From positions 5,947 through 69,946 of IMG/VR virus record IMGVR_UViG_3300033150_002410: 64,000 bases of DNA, one strand, 5' to 3'. Below, piece by piece: positions 59,395 to 64,000 of the stretch; position 1 is the stretch's first letter; every line of letters begins with the position of its first letter. The position numbers and the translations under genes were made by a program. Under the pieces are notes generated by a model that saw only the letters and a list, made by a program, of their open reading frames with translations, ran no database searches and was not told where the DNA came from. Source of the stretch: a virus.

Positions 59395-59497
59395 CTCTTT
59401 ACAATACAATACATTATGTTATTCCCTCTACAATACAATACAATATATCATTCCCTCTACAATACAATGTCTCACATTATACCCTCTACAATACAAT
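59395..59497. repeat. four 16-bp direct repeats with exact 29-bp period
   Basis: CCCTCTACAATACAAT at 59424, 59453, 59482; variant at 59395. Confidence 0.85.
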
Positions 59498-59876
59498 TTA
59501 TCCTCTCTACAACATATCACATCACAACATATTATACTTCTTACATTACATCAATTGATCTTTTAAGTTTTTATTATATTCCTCCTATATTATTACATAT
59601 TTCCTGCATCATTATCCTTTTCTTTTTTTCATATTATACGTTATTATATTCATATTATATTACTGTCTATATTTTTCTTACCCCCTACCCCTTCTTTTCT
59701 AAGGAAATATTATTTTCATTATACAAGCTTGAAAAATATTTCTAGAAAAAATTATTTCGGAATAAGGGCCTTTATATGGAGACAATAAATTATGTATCTT
59801 TTCCATTTCTTGTTTTAAATAATGATTGGTTTCTGAATAAGAAAATAAATTTTTTTAAAAAAAGTTCTCATTTTTA

Positions 59877-59905
59877 TTGACGGCTATTGTTTGATGTAGT
59901 ATACT
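59877..59905 (+). promoter_or_regulatory. sigma70 early promoter
   Basis: TTGACG-17 nt-TATACT. Confidence 0.75.
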
Positions 59906-60015
59906 CTAGACACGAGAGAAATAATGGGGAGGGAGTAAAATTGCTTTTTCTCGAAGAGATTAATTATTATTGTTTTGGTATTGTTTATTTTTGTTTTTAT
60001 TGAGGGGGTGTTAGT

Positions 60016-60234
60016 ATGGAAGAATTGATAAGAGGAATAAGGAAATTACCTACGGATTATGATAAGATCCTTTTTCTGATTTCGGAAGTTTTGGATCTTG
60101 ATTATAAGTATGTGCATTGTAAAAAAGGACAGAAAGGTATAAGGATAAAGACGGGAACGGGAGAATACAGAACTTTTAATTTTTCCATGCATTGTGGTTC
60201 CCTTCTGGAGATAAAGGATGAAAAGAGAACATAG
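60016..60234 (+). CDS. hypothetical protein
   Basis: RBS GAGGGGG. Confidence 0.65.
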   Translation: MEELIRGIRKLPTDYDKILFLISEVLDLDYKYVHCKKGQKGIRIKTGTGEYRTFNFSMHCGSLLEIKDEKRT

Positions 60235-60499
60235 ATTACTTTATAAGAAATTGATACAGAAACTGGGAGAAATGCATCAGATAGAGAAATGTGTGGAAGA
60301 ACTGAATGAGTTGTGTATTGTTCTCGATTCTGATGAGATAGACAGTTTTGCTTTGATAGATGAAGTTGCTGATGTAGAGATTACAATGGAGCAGCTGAAA
60401 GTTATTTTTCCTTATCTTGGTAAAGAAGTAAGAGAGCGGAAAAAGTTTAAGATAGAGAGGCTTAAAAGAGAAGTTCTGGGACTTCTGAGTGATAAGTAG
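60218..60499 (+). CDS. MazG-like all-alpha NTP pyrophosphohydrolase
   Basis: KCVEELNEL ... DEVADVEI. Confidence 0.75.
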   Translation: MKREHRLLYKKLIQKLGEMHQIEKCVEELNELCIVLDSDEIDSFALIDEVADVEITMEQLKVIFPYLGKEVRERKKFKIERLKREVLGLLSDK

Positions 60500-60504
60500 G
60501 AAGC

Positions 60505-60581
60505 AAAACTGTAGCTCAGTTTTTGGTGAAGAGCAATTATTTGATAAGCGATGGGTTGTTGGTTCAAACCCAGCTTGATAT
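60505..60581 (+). pseudogene. degenerate tRNA (Ile-GAT-like)
   Basis: TAGCTCAG..GGT..GAGC D-arm, TTGATAA loop, GTTGG-TTCAAAC-CCAGC T-arm; acceptor and anticodon stems pair poorly. Confidence 0.6.
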
Positions 60582-60621
60582 ATATCAGGAAAATTTTTTT
60601 TAAAAAAATATAAAATTTTTC

Positions 60622-60650
60622 TTGACTTATTGCTTGTTTGTGTTTATAAT
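60622..60650 (+). promoter_or_regulatory. sigma70 early promoter
   Basis: TTGACT-17 nt-TATAAT. Confidence 0.85.
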
Positions 60651-60738
60651 GAATATAGAGGGTCGGAGTTTGAGGGTTATCCTGCTAAGATAAACCCCTC
60701 CAACACAGTTTACCCTCTCTAATAATAATCAGGGGAGC

Positions 60739-61092
60739 ATGTTTATGGAAAAAGAAATCGTTCAGTATGTAAGAGAAGGGCGAAAACCCATAGGTGTGGT
60801 TGTTGCCATGGTCTCTGAGGAAGGGTACAGGATAGGATGGAGTCTTTGCCATCCGGAGGATATGTGGGACAGGGAATACGGGAGATTTGTGGCAGAGAAA
60901 AGGGCTGAGAGCAAAAAAAGTATGGATTCCCTCATAAATTGTATAACTCGATGTAAAGCTAAAAAACCTCATATTGTGAAAGTTTTTCCTGTCTATTTCA
61001 GGGTAAAAAGACGGATGGAAAAGCTGTTGGAAAAACCGATTGGGGAAACAACGTCGGGTGATAATATCCTGAAGTTCGTAAAAAGAAGTTGA
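60739..61092 (+). CDS. conserved phage protein (G.S.C.P.D.....G...A..RA motif)
   Basis: IGWSLCHPEDMWDREYGRFVAEKRA. Confidence 0.65.
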   Translation: MFMEKEIVQYVREGRKPIGVVVAMVSEEGYRIGWSLCHPEDMWDREYGRFVAEKRAESKKSMDSLINCITRCKAKKPHIVKVFPVYFRVKRRMEKLLEKPIGETTSGDNILKFVKRS

Positions 61093-61122
61093 ATTTGTTG
61101 ATAAGAGTAAAGGAAGAAGAAA

Positions 61123-61356
61123 ATGAAGAAGAAGAAAAATGACGTGGTAAAAGTTTGGGAGAACGGAAAGAAGGATGAGATCGTTGATCTCAGGTGGTTT
61201 CTGCAGCAGAGGGAAAATCATCCATATAGAATAATAAAAAGAAGGTCTGATGCTGTAGAAAGGTATCTCAGAAATCATACTGAGGAAGATGGCTTTTATA
61301 TCCATCCGACTCAATATGAATGGGATGGATATGTATGGTTATTGGAAAAATTATAG
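61123..61356 (+). CDS. hypothetical protein
   Basis: ORF in the early operon. Confidence 0.6.
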   Translation: MKKKKNDVVKVWENGKKDEIVDLRWFLQQRENHPYRIIKRRSDAVERYLRNHTEEDGFYIHPTQYEWDGYVWLLEKL

Positions 61357-61365
61357 GAGAGAAAG

Positions 61366-61656
61366 ATGATATTCGTGATAAAAAGTTATTATTATGAGGA
61401 TTGGATGGGGAAATCGTTCAGGATTGGTGCCGATGAAGTTCTGGCAGACTTAGGCATATGTCCAAGTTCACCATATTATGAGAGAGAAATGGCTATTCCG
61501 AATGCTTATGTGGCCACTCTTGATGACATCTTGGCCTCAATTGATTGCTGGACGGAAGATTGGTTACCACACCTGGACAGTGAGAAACTTGTTGCAATGC
61601 TGGAAGCTGAAAAAATAAAAAAGGAAAGAGAAAGAATAAAGAAACAGCAAAAGTAG
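61366..61656 (+). CDS. hypothetical protein
   Basis: RBS AGGAG; stop codon is the start of element C. Confidence 0.65.
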   Translation: MIFVIKSYYYEDWMGKSFRIGADEVLADLGICPSSPYYEREMAIPNAYVATLDDILASIDCWTEDWLPHLDSEKLVAMLEAEKIKKERERIKKQQK

Positions 61657-61720
61657 CCGTCTTGGCGGCTCAAGCTCAGGTTCAACTTCCGGGCACAGTT
61701 ATAGCTTGCTGTATGCAAGC
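61654..61720 (+). ncRNA. tRNA-like element copy C + downstream hairpin
   Basis: TAGCCGT..GCTCAGG-TTCAACT-TCCGGGC-ACAGTTA then GCTTGC..GCAAGC. Confidence 0.65.
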
Positions 61721-61731
61721 AGAGAAAAAAT

Positions 61732-62076
61732 ATGACAAAGAGAGAGAAAATGATAACGCTTAATGAAATTGTAAAAAAATCAGCGAGGGGGTCGTGGCAA
61801 CGACATTGGGGAGAGGAGATAGTTTTTACTACTGCTCCAGTCCAGCCGTTCATAAATTTAAGGTGGATTTCTCGGTATCGTGAATCCTGGAAGAATTTTT
61901 GCAAGCGTTTGAATGAAAATCTCCCCTCATATTATAATATTTATTTTTTATCTGGCAAACGGGGAGGATGGTATTCAAGCAAATGGATGATTCTTCATGC
62001 TGATGAAGATGAAGTTGAAATTTCTAATACTGAGACAGGATTCTTGGAAGAAGAAATTTGGAGAAAAGTAAGTTAA
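61732..62076 (+). CDS. hypothetical protein
   Basis: GKRGG motif, reminiscent of 58067-58390. Confidence 0.6.
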   Translation: MTKREKMITLNEIVKKSARGSWQRHWGEEIVFTTAPVQPFINLRWISRYRESWKNFCKRLNENLPSYYNIYFLSGKRGGWYSSKWMILHADEDEVEISNTETGFLEEEIWRKVS

Positions 62077-62096
62077 TTAAAAGAGAAGGTTGGAAT

Positions 62097-62160
62097 TAGT
62101 TGCCCTGGTGGCTAACCCAGATTCGATTGCCGGACATGGTTGTAAGCTTACGTTGTAAGC
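62097..62160 (+). ncRNA. tRNA-like element copy D (degenerate) + downstream hairpin
   Basis: CTGGTGGCT..TTCGATT.. then GCTTAC-GTT-GTAAGC. Confidence 0.45.
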
Positions 62161-62183
62161 AGAATATATTACAAAAGGGAGAA

Positions 62184-62630
62184 ATGAAGAAAATGAAATA
62201 TTCTTTTCCAATTCGTCCCAGCTTCTCTTGGAATGGAGTAAAGAAAAAGGGATCTCCAGCTCCGTGCTCTTTGTCTTTAACGATCAATACGAACGGAAGG
62301 CGTAGATTTTCTTCTGTAAATGATCTTAGAAAAGCTTTGCGGGGGCAGAGTTTCCCGAAATGGATCATCCTTGCCGATGACCCATGGTGTAGAGTTGAAG
62401 TCGAGGTTAAAAATCTCAATTATGGTCAACTTTGGTTTTTGGGTGAGGTTGGTGCTACTCTGTCTCCAGCTGAAGAGGCTATCTTTCTTATTCTCGATCA
62501 AATTGATCAAGAGAATCTCCTCGATGGCTTTCTAGGATACTATGAGTTAGAACCAATCAGGCCCATCGGGTTTGATGTTGGACGTTCTGGGGAGATTGAA
62601 CCGAGAGTTTATTTTAAATTTGATAGATAG
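62184..62630 (+). CDS. hypothetical protein
   Basis: RBS GGGAG before ATG 62184, in frame with the track ORF. Confidence 0.65.
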   Translation: MKKMKYSFPIRPSFSWNGVKKKGSPAPCSLSLTINTNGRRRFSSVNDLRKALRGQSFPKWIILADDPWCRVEVEVKNLNYGQLWFLGEVGATLSPAEEAIFLILDQIDQENLLDGFLGYYELEPIRPIGFDVGRSGEIEPRVYFKFDR

Positions 62631-62633
62631 AAA

Positions 62634-63218
62634 ATGGAGAGTAACAAGATGGAAAAAAAAGATCAAATTTTTATTTATCACGACTTAAAGCCGATGATAA
62701 AATATTTGAAGGTGGCTGCCGGGAAAGGCACTCGGGTGCCGTTTTTCGGGCACATTCTCTCAACAGGATGTTCTCTTGTGAGTACCGACTTTAAGAGAAT
62801 GCATATTGTTGAGAATACAGATGAGGATATAATTTTGCCCGAAGGAGTTTATTATATTGATCTAAAAAACAAATATCTGGTTCGATCTGATGATATTAAT
62901 TTCCCAGATCACAAGCGGGTGCTGCAGAAATATAAATTACAAACCCAATATTTGGTTCGGCATCCTGTAAGCTCAATACCTGTTATTTATACGGACATAA
63001 TCATTAAAATGTCCAAAAACTGGAATACAAAAGAAACTTGGACTATTGAATATGATCATCTACGCGACTACTTAAGAAATATTCCATCTGGGTACTTTTT
63101 AGAAGCACAAATTCCTGCAGAGCCTTTCAATCCTTTGATTCTATTATCATCACAGCAGTATAGTAAATTCCGGTATATGGCATTTATAATGCCTGTTCTT
63201 TTTAATTATTATGAATAG
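62634..63218 (+). CDS. truncated beta-clamp-like protein
   Basis: VSTDFKRMH, FPDHKRVL, P.IL, FIMPV resemble beta-clamp domain II-III motifs. Confidence 0.55.
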   Translation: MESNKMEKKDQIFIYHDLKPMIKYLKVAAGKGTRVPFFGHILSTGCSLVSTDFKRMHIVENTDEDIILPEGVYYIDLKNKYLVRSDDINFPDHKRVLQKYKLQTQYLVRHPVSSIPVIYTDIIIKMSKNWNTKETWTIEYDHLRDYLRNIPSGYFLEAQIPAEPFNPLILLSSQQYSKFRYMAFIMPVLFNYYE

Positions 63219-63305
63219 ACGATATTATACTGTTGTAAACAGAATGCAATATTATGACCAGTTAAAAAATATTAACAAAAATGCTTGAGAATAAGGAGTA
63301 AATAG

Positions 63306-64000
63306 ATGAAAGACAAAATTATTAAAAGAATTATCAGAAAAAAGATAATAGATTGGGTAAAAAGTATAGAGGATGAAAAGTTAAGAGAAGATATATGCCA
63401 GGATTGCATTGTTACTGGAGGGGCTATAGTCTCCCTAATGTTGAATGAAAAACCGAAAGACTACGATGTTTATTTTAAAACTAGAGAAACAGTTAAAAAA
63501 GTAGCGAAGTATTATATAAAGAAATTCAATGAAAAAAAGAAGGGTAGTTTAGCATTTCTTGAAGAAAGAGAAGAGGGTAAGAGATTATATATACTAGTAG
63601 AGGATGAAGTCGTAGAAAATATTGTAGAAAGAGCTGATGACATTCCGGAGGAAATTGTAGAAGATATTGTAGAAAGAGCTGATGACATTCCAGAGGAAGA
63701 GCTAGAGGGGGGTGTAAAAGAAGAAAATGAAAAATATGTACCTGTTTTTCTTTCGCCCAACGCTATTACGTTATCTAATGGAATACAAGTAGTGATACGT
63801 TTTTATGGTACTCCAAGAGAAATACATAAAACTTTCGATTTCGTACACTGTACAGCCTGGTATCGTTATAGAGATAACAAACTCAGTTACACTAAGAAAT
63901 GTATTCGTTCTATTTTAAACAAGGAACTTATTTATATAGGAAGTCAATATCCTATTTGTTCTGTTATGAGAACGAGAAAATTTATAAAAAGAGGGTGGAA
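63306..64000 (+). CDS. Pol-beta superfamily nucleotidyltransferase (3' truncated, not in ORF track)
   Basis: RBS TAAGGAG; IVTGGAI.S....KPKDYDVYF, IQ, FDFVHC, R..KFIKRGW. Confidence 0.8.
   Translation, partial: MKDKIIKRIIRKKIIDWVKSIEDEKLREDICQDCIVTGGAIVSLMLNEKPKDYDVYFKTRETVKKVAKYYIKKFNEKKKGSLAFLEEREEGKRLYILVEDEVVENIVERADDIPEEIVEDIVERADDIPEEELEGGVKEENEKYVPVFLSPNAITLSNGIQVVIRFYGTPREIHKTFDFVHCTAWYRYRDNKLSYTKKCIRSILNKELIYIGSQYPICSVMRTRKFIKRGW
63612..63698 (+). repeat. 45-bp tandem duplication inside the NTase gene
   Basis: VE.IVERADDIPEE occurs twice. Confidence 0.9.

Noticed and set aside
59395-59497. CRISPR mini-array
   Set aside because: 16-bp repeats with 13-bp low-complexity spacers are too short, and no cas genes are present
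58815-59745. ORFs 58815-59018, 59217-59558, 59339-59566, 59416-59745
   Set aside because: Low-complexity Y/I/T/L translations of repeat DNA without RBS
56642-62160. Integron attC sites or true tRNA genes
   Set aside because: No RYYYAAC/GTTRRRY boxes or integrase; no anticodon arm or CCA
1-64000. Stop-codon reassignment
   Set aside because: Genes are full length and tightly packed in code 11, and TAA, TAG and TGA all end clear genes
1-64000. Prophage/lysogeny module, introns or inteins
   Set aside because: No integrase, repressor, host genes or intein/intron signatures seen; terminase, polymerase and helicases are uninterrupted

Overview
AT-rich, gene-dense segment of a tailed dsDNA phage genome (siphovirus-type; no integrase or repressor seen in the window) in three blocks. 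(1) 1-23.9 kb, + strand: packaging, head, tail and lysis genes. These include a DUF1073-type portal, DUF2213 protease/scaffold, DUF2184-type capsid, a -1 frameshifting tail chaperone, tape measure, a 1455-aa mosaic tail-tip protein and a C39-like endolysin. (2) 23.8-50.9 kb, - strand: one long replication/recombination operon with split SbcC plus SbcD, a frameshifted DNA methylase, resolvase, RecA, SSB, clamp loader, UDG-PolA fusion, clamp, helicases and primase. Embedded in it is a 7-gene sugar-modification set: 3 glycosyltransferases, UDP-galactopyranose mutase, a Gfo/Idh/MocA dehydrogenase, a B12-radical SAM and a second radical SAM. (3) 51-64 kb, + strand: early/accessory genes behind consensus sigma70 promoters (Zn-finger amidoligase, GATase, MazG-like, clamp-like, nucleotidyltransferase). 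Best candidates for new biology: (a) four anticodon-less tRNA-like elements (outer stem + T-arm, with compensatory base changes), each followed by a second hairpin, between early genes; (b) the sugar-modification cluster inside the replication operon; (c) two membrane coiled-coil genes overprinted on the same 413 nt; (d) a capsid gene with an in-frame N-terminal extra domain and an internal start. All calls come from reading motifs by eye; no searches or folding programs were run.
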